Assembly: GCF_037042905.1 (NCBI RefSeq) | Contig: NC_087254.1 | Coordinates: 26,102,001-26,166,000, forward strand | From: Lytechinus pictus | Taxonomy: Eukaryota | Reading direction: 5' to 3' | Length of the DNA stretch: 64,000 nucleotides | Part shown: positions 33,909-46,090 of the stretch, in pieces | Layout: every line of letters starts with the position of its first letter | How positions within the stretch are numbered: the stretch's first letter is position 1 | Notes under the pieces: model-generated | The model's database searches: none | Seen by the model: the letters and a program-made list of their open reading frames with translations, nothing else | What the model was told of the DNA's origin: nothing | Translations under genes and position numbers: made by a program

Positions 33909-35122
33909 TTTCTCACCAATCGACGATCTTGTGGTATTCCTGTGATGGACGAATCGAAAATGGAAATACAAAACGTTACTACCAGGTTCAAATGTCAGTT
34001 TTGAAATGGGAAGTTAACAGTTCTCTTATATTAAGAAATTAAAAAAAATCAGACCAAAAGCTCTCTATGAGCTTACTGTACTTTGTAGGAGACAAGATAA
34101 TCTCTGGTTTATATTCAGAAAAAAAACCCATCACAAATGCGATTGATGTAAGTGCCGATTGTTCATGACGTCGAGACAGAGATCCTATAATCGGTCTATG
34201 ATCAAAGAAAATCGTCTTTTCTGAATAACAATGCAGTAATCTTATCAAGTAGTTCACTCAGGGTAAGGGAGATTGAAGAGAGGATTCAAACCATTACAAT
34301 TATTTTTTCTCCTTTTTTTTTTTTTTGGGGGGGGGGTTCAAATGGGAACTTTGTTTCGCCTCTTCCTTTCCGATTTCTACTCCGATTTTGACTCCCTAGG
34401 GTCAATTTCTTCCCTTTCCCTCTTCTGCCTTTGACCGTACACTCTCACAGAATGGCACTCCCCTTCCCTGTTCTGCCGGTGCTAGACTTGATTTTTTTTC
34501 TAATCCAACAGCCACATTATTTACCCAAGTGACTTAATATTTTGTACGTTCGGTTTTCCTGTTATTTTTATATTAACAAGTATATATTTGTCAATGTTTG
34601 TATTTCTGTTTATCTTATGTGATATTTTTAAGTGTGAAATAAATGAAATAAAATGATATTAAAAACTGTCAAAAAATGGTACTCGTCAACGAAAACAATA
34701 ACCCATGGATGTAGAAAGGGTCCAAATCTCGGTTCCTCGAGAAATCAAATTACCCCCCCCCCCCCACAATGGGATTTCTAGAAGACCGCAAAAAGGAAGG
34801 GAGATCAACAATCAAGCTCCCCTTTCCCTGCTGACGAGGGTCACGTAAGCAGAATAGTAGCAGATCTACGGAAGGAGGAATTTAGTGAGTGATGATTTGA
34901 ATTTTGTTTTTCTTTTTTGCTAATCTTTTTCTTTCTGGAGACCAAACGCCCTTAAATTTTTTATAATGCTTTTTGTGTCTTTGTTTGTGAAAAATTTGGG
35001 ATAAAATACACCCCTTCAGAAATTTCCTGGACGCCCCCCTCCCCTCTTGGCCAAAAGCTAGATCCGCTAATGATGACTGAGTTCAAAATAATCCACAAGG
35101 ATTTTGAATCTCCTCAAGTTAA

Positions 35123-35340
35123 AGGGATGGTCCGGGTTTGAAAATATTTATATCTTAATACATAGAATAGAATTCACTGAGCAATATGCCGAAAATTTCA
35201 TCAAAATCGGATAACAAATAATAAAGTTATTGAAGTTTAAAGTTTAGCAATATTTTGTGAAAACAGTCATCATGAATATTCATTAGGTGGGCTGATGATG
35301 TCACATCTCCACTTTCCGTTTTCTCATGTTATTACATAAA
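35123..35340. mobile_element. Truncated Kolobok-like element (one arm)
   Basis: TTAA|AGGGATGGTCCGG followed by gaaaatttcatcaaaatcggat, shared with the two copies above. Confidence 0.6.
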
Positions 35341-36215
35341 GCCGATTTACGACCTGCATTAGAAACCCGATCCAATGATCAGTTCATGGGTGAAACGTAC
35401 TCCAAATCGATCAAAAATATTACGTAATTTCCAGTGACGTACCACAGGCGATTTGGGATCGGTTTCCTTAAGTGTGACTGTAGGCATAATTCAGCTTTAT
35501 TTGAATGATGAAAAAACCCATATAAGTGCAAGCTTCACACTGACAAGCAACAAACAAAAGGAATGTGACAATGATATTACCTGGTTGAAATAGAGGCGCC
35601 ATGAATTTACGCATGACTGGGATAATTCGTATTAAGTATGAAGGATCTCTGACGCTTTTTTTTACCTCTTAGGAGGATACAAGTCTTTGATTAACAGCCA
35701 CCCTGAAGTGACGTATTTAGGCATAAGGACAGCAGAGAATAGAATGTTGGAAATAGAAAAGGGAGGCACCGGCCAGATTATCTTGATAGGACAAGAGCGA
35801 TACAACTTTTTCTTTTCTAAAAAAGATCATAGCGAATGTAAATTTACAAGGCGATGAACTCTTTTTTTCTGATGGTCTTTCTTCCCCCCCCCCCCGTTTT
35901 CTTCATGCCCTCCTATCTCATCATTTTTACTATCATAGAAAAATCACACTTCGTCGTCAGTTTACCACGAGCGAAACCCTAAACAGTATTATGCATTAAT
36001 AATTGCTGTAACATGGTAAAAAACATGATTCATCATACCATCTTTTTGTTAACAGCAATAAAAAACCCTTTCCAATCAAAGCAATCTGCTTTATATTTGC
36101 TTCATCTAACATCTCTATCAAACAGCAGTGCGCCCTCACTGAGACATATCAGTTATTGGGAATGAAGAAAATTTGCTCTGACTTCAGCACGGAGAAATGT
36201 TATCAGTGTCCTTAC

Positions 36216-36347
36216 TTGCTTGCCATAATTATTATGCGCACTTCAAGCGTACTGCAAAATATAGATGAATGAAGGTGGGTGGATGTAATATTATTACTAA
36301 TCACAGGCAACGATTTTGTTTCCTGATCTGCGTGAAATCTTTTGAAC
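36216..36347 (-). other. Probable upstream exon of the CYP46-like gene (acceptor at 36347 or 36251) ending ATG GCA AGC AA|gtaagg
   Basis: It has two good acceptors and a strong donor. It is phase-compatible with the acceptor catcacag|G at 33939 upstream of the P450 ATG. Confidence 0.55.
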
Positions 36348-36761
36348 CTAAAATAAGTAATATTTAATTTATTGTTCAATCTAATCAGGGAGTTGGGAGC
36401 AGAATGTTGGAAAAGGAAATTACACAATAAACAACATTTTTTATTGACCTCATTCATTAAACTTCTTTTTACTATTGGCGCATCTTCTTTTAATCTTCCA
36501 TTAAAATGCATAAGTCTTGCACTATGCTAATGATACTACAACTACTAATACTACTACTACCACTACACTACTGAATAATACTACTACTAATGATAGAGTC
36601 ATAGCTTTATATTCTATTTAATATATTCTATTAGACATATGTCTCTATGTTCGAGGCGCAATATATCCCCCCACCATTCAGGGGAGAAAATACTTGTAAA
36701 AGAAATATTATTTTTGAAATAAACGAGTTAATATTTCAAACATCTTTCTTGTAGATCTTAC

Positions 36762-36844
36762 CCTTGTTATGATCACGACTTTTTGACTGCCAAGCCCTCA
36801 CCACCAACGCGTTAATTTAAACTAGTAGGACCAAAAATAAAACC
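36762..36844 (-). other. Probable non-coding 5'-UTR exon (83 nt) of the minus-strand transcript
   Basis: Long pyrimidine tract plus tttcag acceptor, AGG|gtaaga donor, and stops in all three frames. Confidence 0.5.
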
Positions 36845-37739
36845 CTGAAACAAAAATAAAAATGAAAAGTAGTGAACTTAAAATATGAAAATTTTACAAT
36901 TTTTAAGTTTCGCATAATTCTCAACAAGGGATATATATCCACATGGTTAAGGTTTACGTTCCATGTTCCATTAGAAATCGCGGCAAGCTTTAACTTGTCA
37001 TGTTTATTAGTAAACAATGAAATTTTTCATATTTTATCAATAATGATAAAATAGGCCTACGAACTTTGTGTGTGACGTCATAATTTTACAAGATGTGTAT
37101 AATTATCATTGTTTTGTGAAAATAATTTATGTTGAACAATAGAAAAGTCATTACGTTCTTGATTTACTAACTCTTTCGATGAAAATAAAATAGTGCTTTT
37201 TTGTTTAATTAGTCCCTATTTGTTAAAAACAACTTTTTGTTGGCAGACATATCCTTCGTTATATCAATTATATTCTAAAGAAGCGAAGAGCAACGCCCAA
37301 AAAACGGGTCTTATTCATTTTTCATAATGGTTTTACACCGAGCTTAGTTATGTCACAACAAATATGATGAATAATGGAAGTTAAAAAAAGTGTATGACGC
37401 ATACATCAACCTTGCAGCATACTGATAAGCCATTAAGCATAAGTAATTTTACCCGATCAAACCTTTAGAAGCATTATTATATGATCAAATAATTATAAGC
37501 TATTGTATTGGCTGTATTATTTTACACACCATAATGGCCTTGCCATACTATAAATGTTAGTACACGGTCGGTTTCTTTATAAAGATCTGCATGTCAATGA
37601 AGCGTTAGTGCTTCTATTCGTACTCGGTTTCTCTCTCACTCGCTCTCTGTTTTCCTTTCTGTGGTCTATCAAAACCATGTCTTTTCTATCCGGGTATTTA
37701 TATATGTATACCAATAGAGATTAATATAGGCCCTATTAA

Positions 37740-38340
37740 AGGTCAAGTCCACCCTAGAAAAATGTTGATTTGAATCAATAGGAAACAAATAAAACAATTT
37801 AGTATAACGCTGAAAATATCATCAAAACCGGATATAAAATAAGAAATTTATGACATTTTTAAGTTTCGCTTATTTTTGACAACGCAGTAATACGCCCAAC
37901 TCTGTGACATGCAAAATGGGAGAGCCGACAATGTCCATTTTCTTTTGGTTTCCATTGCTTTAATTACATATTTCATATTTCGAGCATTTACAATATGGAC
38001 CATCTTGACTGAACCCTTAAAAATTTAAAACTATAGTAATTTTACAAGGTTCAGGGAGGAATAAAATTTGTTTCACAGGACAATGAGGAGAAAACTAGAA
38101 TATATCATATTTCGTGCATTATAAAAACAATACAAAATAAATAGTGATGAGTGACGTATTCAGTCTCCTCATTTGTATACAGACCGGGATGTGCATATAA
38201 CTTTTTTGGGGGAAATCAGGCAAAACTTTAAATTTTCATAACTTTCGTATTTTACATCCAATTTTGATGAAATCTTATGTACATTACTTGTTGGAATTTT
38301 ATCTCTTGATTGAAATTAAATCTTTGCCGAGGTGAACTTT
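37740..38340. mobile_element. Second, more diverged copy of the Kolobok-like MITE
   Basis: TTAA|AGGTCAAGTCCACCC..., colinear with 18786-19380 (ggttcaggga, gacaatgaggagaaaa, ctcatttg, tttacatcc, gattttgat). The right end is eroded. Confidence 0.75.
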
Positions 38341-38679
38341 AAGAACATCTCCAAAGTCATTTAAGACAGAATGATACCAAAAGGATCAAACAACAGTGAT
38401 GCAGGTATACAATGGCTTATAAAAACAAATGATAGAGATATGTTATTGACATCTGTTCAGATTTCAATCGATTCTATAATATCTATATGGTAATTTTGCT
38501 CATACTCATAAATCATGAGGCCAATAAATAATGCCCATTATGATAATTGATGTGTGGAAGCACATTTTAATGAAGAACGTATATGACACTACACAATTTT
38601 TGGGGGGTGAAATAAGATACTTTCCGGTAAAATATTTATACATGCTATGTTTTACACCCTAAGCACGCACTCCCTCCTT

Positions 38680-39766
38680 GGTTTGAGGCATTGGGTCAGA
38701 TGTTAAGAAAGTAGCATTTGCTTTTGCTATAGGCTTTTGCTTGGCTTTGAGGCATTGTGTCAGATACAGCAATTGCTTTGCTTTAGGCTTTTGCTTGACT
38801 TTGAGGCATTGTGTCAGATACAGCAATAGCTTTGCTATTGGCTTTTACTTTGCTTTTGCTTGATTCCGTATGTATAAAGATGAGCAATTACTTACGAGCA
38901 AATTCTTTTTCTAGTAAGCTCAATCAGTTGCCGAAGGTCGTATGCATAAAGTGAACCCTTTGCTTATGCGTTTAAGCATTTGCTTTTGTGCGTTTAAGCA
39001 TTTGCTTTTGTGCGTTTAAGCATTTGCTTGGATTTTTTTCAAAATCCATCAGAGCAGCTTGGGTGTTTGCTTGATGAAGATGTTCGCGTTTAGTAATGTT
39101 TATGCACGTGAGAGAGAACCCCGATGTGTACAGTAGCTAATATGTAAATGTTTTTTCCTAGTATGTGCAAACCGAATGCCAATTATTAATTAATTAGAAA
39201 CAAGTAAAAGGAATAGTTTGACATCACGTCTTAAAAAAAGGGTTACATGAGAGAAGAGGTGTATTTTGCACTGCCATGTGAGGAAACTCTTTGCATACCG
39301 AACCCCGCTTTGTTCTGTGAGTCGTGTTCGCACCAGAGCGCGTGACGGTGCTAAAATTATTGTTGAAACCGTAGCAATTGTATAGAAAATGGTTTGATTT
39401 GATTTGATTTATTTACTTCCACATTCCAATAACAAAAGTATATACAAGAGTAATCATTTTTTTCTTAGCATAACATAACAATAAGCAAATGACATAATGA
39501 ACAACATATGCATATATACATTCTAACAATCTAATTGAAATATATTTATACCTGATAAATTTCTTCTTCTTTTTTAATTATTAAAACAAATAGCAGAAAA
39601 AAAAAATATATACATATATTGACATAATACATTTTGAAATGTGGGAGACCTCCATCTTAAGCTTAGAGCTTGAAATTGATAAAGGCCATATGTTTTAGCA
39701 CAAGCAAAGCGTTATGTATACGAAATAAAGCAATTGCTATTTTCTTTGCATTTTACCCAATATGGG
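38680..39766. mobile_element. Old TIR element with sub-terminal tandem repeats (~54 bp x3; 22 bp x3)
   Basis: attgggtcagatgttaagaaagtagcatttgct (38690) is an imperfect inverted match to agcaattgctattttctttgcattttacccaat (~39729-39761). Repeat units: tttgaggcattgtgtcagat and tgcgtttaagcatttgcttt. Confidence 0.5.
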
Positions 39767-40515
39767 AATCAGCGGTCGGGACAATAATAATAAAAAAGTG
39801 CTTTTAATACTGTCTAATATTTCCACAAATGACATGCAATAGGTATGTGTTGGCCTATTTATGATATAGGCCTATATATTTATGTGGATGTGTGAAGTGA
39901 TCTGAATTATAGCTGTCTCGCAAAAATGTTGACCTTTTCTGAATGAAAACCTTTATATTCTTAGAAATTTGGGAATGGTGTTCCAAAAATTATATCATAT
40001 TTCATCGTTTGGGCTTTCCTGTTTTATTCTTGGTAATGAAACTTTTTTTTTTTTTTTTTGGGGGGGGGCCCTCCAAGCCCCCATTGTACGTCAGTTTGTG
40101 CGCTCGTGTGTGAGGGTGTGTGTGTATAATGCAATTATTTGTACAAATATCAGTGTGTGTACACATGCTCTCCTTATAAAATGATATTAATAGTGACTGA
40201 AGTGAGCAAGAAAAGCTTGTCTGGTTAAAATCACAATAGCATTGAGAGTGATTAGTATAATACGGAATATCATTACAGTTTTATTTTCCACCTTGAAAAC
40301 TGTGAAAACTGGGGGAAGGGGGGGGGGGTGGGTATTGTGCTGCATGTATTCATCTGCATACTGTATTAAAGTTGGTGCCATTATAATTATGAAAGTGTTT
40401 AAGTTGGTACTTCTGTTTTCTTTGCTCCTCTCGTAATGATGATACATTAAAATATACCAGCAATCCTACATAAGCTTTAATGCCAAAGGCAGATTTACAA
40501 TGTGTCCAGACTGAC

Positions 40516-42895
40516 CATGGGCGGAAATCCCAGGGGGGACAGGGGGGACGTGTCCCCCCTACTCAAAATAGTAGGGGGACACAATATCAAATGTCCCCCC
40601 TACTATTTTTGGTCTTTTATGATGGTAAGAAATACATCATTCTAAATTGAAATAAAACATGTATTTTGGGACGATATGGCCTTACTTTTGGGATGATAAC
40701 CTTTTTTTGCTTGTCAAATTTTCCCGCCCCTTGTCCCCGTTGGCGGACCAGGGGGCCGAGGGGCCCACCACCCCCCCCCCTCTTGGCGGATAAAAAAAAA
40801 GAAAAAAGGGAAAGAAAGAAGGAATAGAGGGAAAAGAGAGGAGAAAAAGAAGAGAAGGACGACGAGTGCATAAAATAAAATGAGAGGAAGACTTGGAAAA
40901 TAAAAATAATCTTTCGTGCCACTATATAAAATTTTCGCTCGCGCTTCGCGCTCGCATTGCCTGTTAGATGACTTACATATCTTGTTCAATATGGAGCTCG
41001 AATGTCAAGTTTAGAAGTCAATATACAAAACATATTTCACCTCGGAAATCGAACTTTCATTATTTTATGTGATTTACAAATTGATTTTTAAAAAGTGCTC
41101 TGTAAAAATGTCAGTTTTATGGTCTGAATATTAACATTTGCTGCTTGCGCTGCGCGCTCGCAAATTTTGATTTATCAGGTACCTATTATTTTTCATGAAG
41201 TTTTCAAAATATCCCTTTTCAGGTCTGATTGTTGAGACGTATCAGCTAGCGCGCTGCACGCTCGCATTTTGATTGGCGAGTTATATATGTTTCAATATTG
41301 ATTATACAACAAACTACTTAAAATCCCCTTTTCATGACAGTTTATCAAAGATTTTAGCTCGCGATTTGCGCTCGCATTAATGGTTAAAAATATATTAACT
41401 GATGCATCCTATTCATAATTACAAAAGTAAACTGTCCAGTTTTTATGCCATAATATCAGATTTCGCGCCCTCATTAGGCATTAATAAATATGATATTAAT
41501 TTAATAATCAAATTGTCCCTTTTGTTTCATCTCGCTTAGCAAGAGGAATAGGAAGATAGTCATCATTTTCATATGATGACATGTCGTAAGGATGTCCCGG
41601 TCCTATGTCAAAGCTCAGAGTAATAATAATGAAAATATCAGCTCTTTTTTAAGTGCGATCCATATCCACCTTACAATTTTTCTACAAAGTGCTTGAAATA
41701 TAAAGCTGAAATTGATTCCTTTTTTCAGATCGGAATATCAAAGTTTCATGATTTTCATGATTAAAGATGTAGTTAGAATGCCTAGATTCTAGGTCTAAAT
41801 ATGAAACACGCGCGCGCATGTTTATTCAGATACTCAACTTGTTCTCTATTTAAATCATTATCCAGTTTCAGATCGCAATATCAACATTGTTCTGCTCGCG
41901 CTTTGTGCTCGCATTATTAATGTAGGAAGACCCCATATTACTCATCCTTTTCATGATTTACAAAACATGAACAGAGTGGCCAATTTTTAGGTCTAAATCT
42001 CGATTTTTTTTCTGCTCGCGCTTCCCGCTCTCATCAATTATTAAATGATATAGCTATCCTGTTCACGATTACAAAAACTGATTAAAATTTTCCATTCTTT
42101 CTTTAGAAAGTTAAAAAAATTTCAGCTCGCGCTTCGCACTCGCACTTTTCTATTGTTGAAATATGTAACGCCTTCATGGCTAAGTGCAAGCAGTCCTTAA
42201 CAGTTACCTTTTGAACAGGTACCAGTTCAAAACGTATATAAAAAATTTCTGCTCGCGCTTTGCGCTAGCATTATTAATACTCATCCTTTTCATGATTTAC
42301 AAAACATGAATAGAGTGTCTCGTTCAGTAAATATTATAGGACTAAATCTCGAAATTTCCCGCTCGCATCAATTTTTTACTTATATACCTTTTCTGCTTGA
42401 GTTACAAAAAGTTCTTAGAATTGAGTCCATTCTTTAGGTGAATAAGTTTTTAAAAAATTGCTCGCGCTTCGCGCTCGCATTATTTGATAGTTAAATGCTA
42501 CTTTAACAGGTATTTTTTCCATCAGTTCATTTGTACTCGCGCTTTGCATTCGTAGTAATTATTAAGTTGCGTACACATCTTTTTCAGGATAACAAACATT
42601 GCCCAGAATGTTCAAATTTTAGGAAAAATAAAAAAAAAAAAAAAAAATCAAAAAATTTGCTTGCGCTTCGCGCTCGCATCATATAAATAAGGATTATGAT
42701 ATTATATATTAATTTATTAGAATAAAGCTAAGAAGTGACTAATGAGGACTACCCCTTCAAAGAAAAAAAAATCATCTTCGAGCTGCCGATCGGGGAAATT
42801 ATGGCTGAAACAAATTTCCGCCGCCGCCCCCCTATTGGCGAAGGCTGGATCCGCCCCTGTGTCCCCCTACCTTTTGGGAGAGATTTCCGCCCCTG
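40516..42895. mobile_element. Non-autonomous hAT-like element (2.38 kb) with 8-bp TSD and an internal periodic repeat array
   Basis: AGACTGAC|CATGGGCGGAAATC ... GATTTCCGCCCCTG|AGACTGAC. A second nested terminus ggatccgcccctg is at ~42847-42859. There are about 13 copies of gctcgcgcttcgcgctcgc. Confidence 0.9.
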
Positions 42896-43655
42896 AGACT
42901 GACTACATAATATTATTATCATCGTTTATTTATAACATACCATTGTTCAGTTTAAAGTCGGCATCATTGATCAGACTGTAGAGTAAAGTTTTAACTAGCA
43001 CCTTCATCTTGTGCTTCTCGTTAAATTGTACTGAATAAATACTGGCGGTAATTTATGAAAATGAACACGGAAAATTGTTCCTAATTATGTCAAAAGGTCT
43101 GCAGCTCTCCTTTTTTAAAAGGCCTAGGCTGTGTGGCCAGCATAAAACATGACTTGCGCAATTGCATCCAGCTGTTCACTATTCAACGGTACGTAATTCA
43201 ACAAACCTCTAATAATCGATAAGTTATTTGGAGTAGTGTATATCGCATAACGTATAGGGACCTATAATAGAAAAGGATTTCTTAACATACGATGCGTTCA
43301 TATCTACTTCTGAAGTACACGACCAACGGAACAACAGCATGCATATCTTTTCTTAAATCTTTCCTCCTGACTGGTCGTGAACTCATCGCCTATTGAAAAT
43401 TGTGTCGTGATGACTATGACGTATGGAAGAGAGTAGAACTTCTTTGTGTTAACAATGGCAGGAACCTTGCTTTGCTGCCACCTGAATGCTTTAATGAGGC
43501 GCAGACACGAGCGAGAACAGCAGAAGAAATCGGGTAAGAAATACGCGTTAAGGCAACTGCAACTTGAACGAATGCACAGCACTGGAGAAGATGAGAAACA
43601 GTGTGCACGCAACGTTTCACTGAGAGAGGGTAGTGTAAGCGAGGAATCGGGAAAC

Positions 43656-43669
43656 ATTGGGCGGGAAAA
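43656..43669 (-). promoter_or_regulatory. Adjacent E2F-like (TTTCCCGC) and CCAAT motifs in a CpG-richer candidate promoter (~43.4-44.2 kb)
   Basis: The plus strand reads attgggcgggaaaa. This is a motif match only. Confidence 0.3.
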
Positions 43670-44533
43670 CGCAGATGACCCAACGAAAGCGCGGGTATTC
43701 GATGTTAAGATAGAAATAAACGGACCATCCGGCTCGGATACGTCAGAACGACATTAGTCGCAAGATTGCGAGTCGGTGAGAGATTGTCAAGAGCAAGCAA
43801 AGTCGGTAATTATCGTCATCGTCTGTCATTCATCGCGCTGGGAGAATTCATTACCCCCATCCCCTCCTCTCCGCTGTTGTTGCAGTCTAGCGTAAGCCCC
43901 TTTATATTCCAACATCATTTCGATTTGTTGATAACAAAGAATAACTATTTATTAACTATAGGGGCGCGCTTCCTCTCGCCTTCCAATATCTCGCCCACCC
44001 TTTCTTTACTGGTATTTAATCACCCTCAACCAGTCTCCCCCTCTCTCACCTCCTATCTGTTCCCCCTATAGTGCATTTATTTATGTAGGATTTTTCTTCA
44101 AAAATACTCGTTAGAGCTCGATTCCCAATCGTGTCGTCGTGTGGTTGATTCGCATGTTTTGGCGCACATCACAAATTCTGTTGCAGACGACATAGAGAGA
44201 GTTAAAGCAAGCTGATGGGGGTGATGCACTTTGTATTCATACCAACTTACTGTCTAAACGTCATCACTCGAAACCTCGAAAGCTGTTTAATATCTATTCT
44301 GGAAACTATTATGAACCGACCGAATGTTTGGCCTGAATGTTTGAGTGCAATGACATATCAATGATACAACCAGAGGAAAATATAATCGTTACACATATCT
44401 AATTAAGACGCATGCAGCCAGTTTACTGTTCGGTATGTCAACGGACTGGTGAGGATAGAGGAACGGGGGAGCTCAGGACTAGATTTGCAGCTGTGGCCAG
44501 GAGTGTTAAACGGATAGAAAACATTTGAGGAGC

Positions 44534-44554
44534 ATGATGAATTCATATTACAAG
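44534..44554 (+). CDS. Candidate first coding mini-exon MMNSYYK of an unidentified plus-strand gene
   Basis: ATG ATG AAT TCA TAT TAC AAG|gtacgt with an in-frame TAA 27 nt upstream. I found no downstream coding exon in the window. Confidence 0.25.
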
Positions 44555-44885
44555 GTACGTGGGGAATTAATTTATGACATTAATCATAACTCTTTTTTTG
44601 TGATTAACGAGCAGCAAATAGTACTGTAGTTTCTTTGGGTAACAAATTTCTTTATTTCCGGCAGTGGTAGGCATTTATGTTTACAAAATATTGAAACAGA
44701 AATAGAACACATGTCATTTATAGAAGGTGTGACGAAAATCCATTTAAATGTATGGATTTTTAAGACTTAATTTTGTGATGTCACATGCGAGTAGCCCCTC
44801 CCCGAATCTATTCATAGAAATGGACAATCATTTCACTTGACCATATCTGGGTCTGGTCTAGTCTGGCCTTATCTTCGTCACATTT

Positions 44886-45046
44886 GGGTCCCGTTGCATA
44901 AAACCTACCATTATGGAATAGCTTTGCCATCCAATGGTAACTTTCATGGAATCCTTGTTTTTGATTGACTGTTGATCAGCGTTACCATGGTAGTTACCAT
45001 TGGATGGTAAAGTTACCATTATAGTAGCTTTTATGCAACTGGGCCC
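44886..45046. mobile_element. Palindromic MITE (Harbinger-like termini)
   Basis: GGGTCCCGTTGCATAAAA...ccatccaatggtaact / agttaccattggatgg...TTTTATGCAACTGGGCCC. Confidence 0.75.
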
Positions 45047-45236
45047 GGATGTTATTCTTGGTCTTGTTTTCAAACGGAACTGAGTCTGGCCCTGAAAGAC
45101 TAGGCCTAATTTTCGTCTCAGTGTCACCCGGGATCGAAGAAATAAGAACGAGGAAATCTTTCAAAGAAGTGTTATCATTCGCATTGACAAAAATAGAGAA
45201 ATATTTTAAAGAACGATGATATAAGTTTTTTCTTTA

Positions 45237-45475
45237 CACTGCCAAAACTCCGGTGTTGATTTAACACCAGCCCGGAATCTATATGTCCACACCAGAGAAG
45301 TATTGAAAGAACACCAGTTTGGAATCAAACCGATGCTGTTTTAATACTAATTGGTTTTGTACAAACACCTATCTGGTGTTAGACCAAAACGAAACTGGTG
45401 TTGTTTAACACTTCTCTGGTGTGGACATAATAGAATCCGGGCTGGTGTTAATTCAACACCAGAGTTTTTGCAGTG
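45237..45475. mobile_element. Palindromic CACTA/EnSpm-like MITE, family A copy 1
   Basis: TA|CACTGCCAAAACTCCGGTGTTG ... CAACACCAGAGTTTTTGCAGTG|TA with arms of about 80 bp. Confidence 0.85.
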
Positions 45476-46090
45476 TAGATTACCCCCAAAAGAAGACAGT
45501 ATATAGCAATACAATTATGCACATAAACCATATTTAGTTTTTAATGTTTGCTTATACAATAGAGGGTATTGCGAATGAGTGTCGTCAACACTTATTTCTA
45601 CTAAATCAGGCCACTCCCTCCATTTGAATAAATGTACTGCAATGGGCCATCAAACTATATGTCTTTTTAAAAGGCATCAGGTAAAGTTTTTGTACTTGTG
45701 ATTCATGTCAGTATTATATGTTATTTTCTTGATATACTTACGTATTTATTTTTTTATAGTTTTTTTTCGTCACCCTTTCCCTACTTCATTTTATGTCTAT
45801 CTTTATGTCATGTCTACTTGTATATATTGTTATTTTACTTTGTATTTATTTCATTCTCTGTTTCAATGTTTTAAGCCATACTAATATTCTTGATATTGAG
45901 TTTAGTTTGTTTTTAATCAATTCATACAATTTTCTCTAACTGTTGATATTTAATGTATTTGCTTGCTACAATTGTGTTTATTTTCATTTTTGAATCCTTG
46001 TATGTAATGACTCTTTTGTAAAGTAGGCCTAGTGAACTAAGAAAACACCCTGCTTTTTAAATAAAACTCAATAGACAAATTACTAAAGCA

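Noticed and set aside
43304-44071. 100-117-aa ORFs on both strands
   Set aside because: They have no domain signal or consistent splice partners, and they are better explained by locally higher GC in a promoter/leader region.
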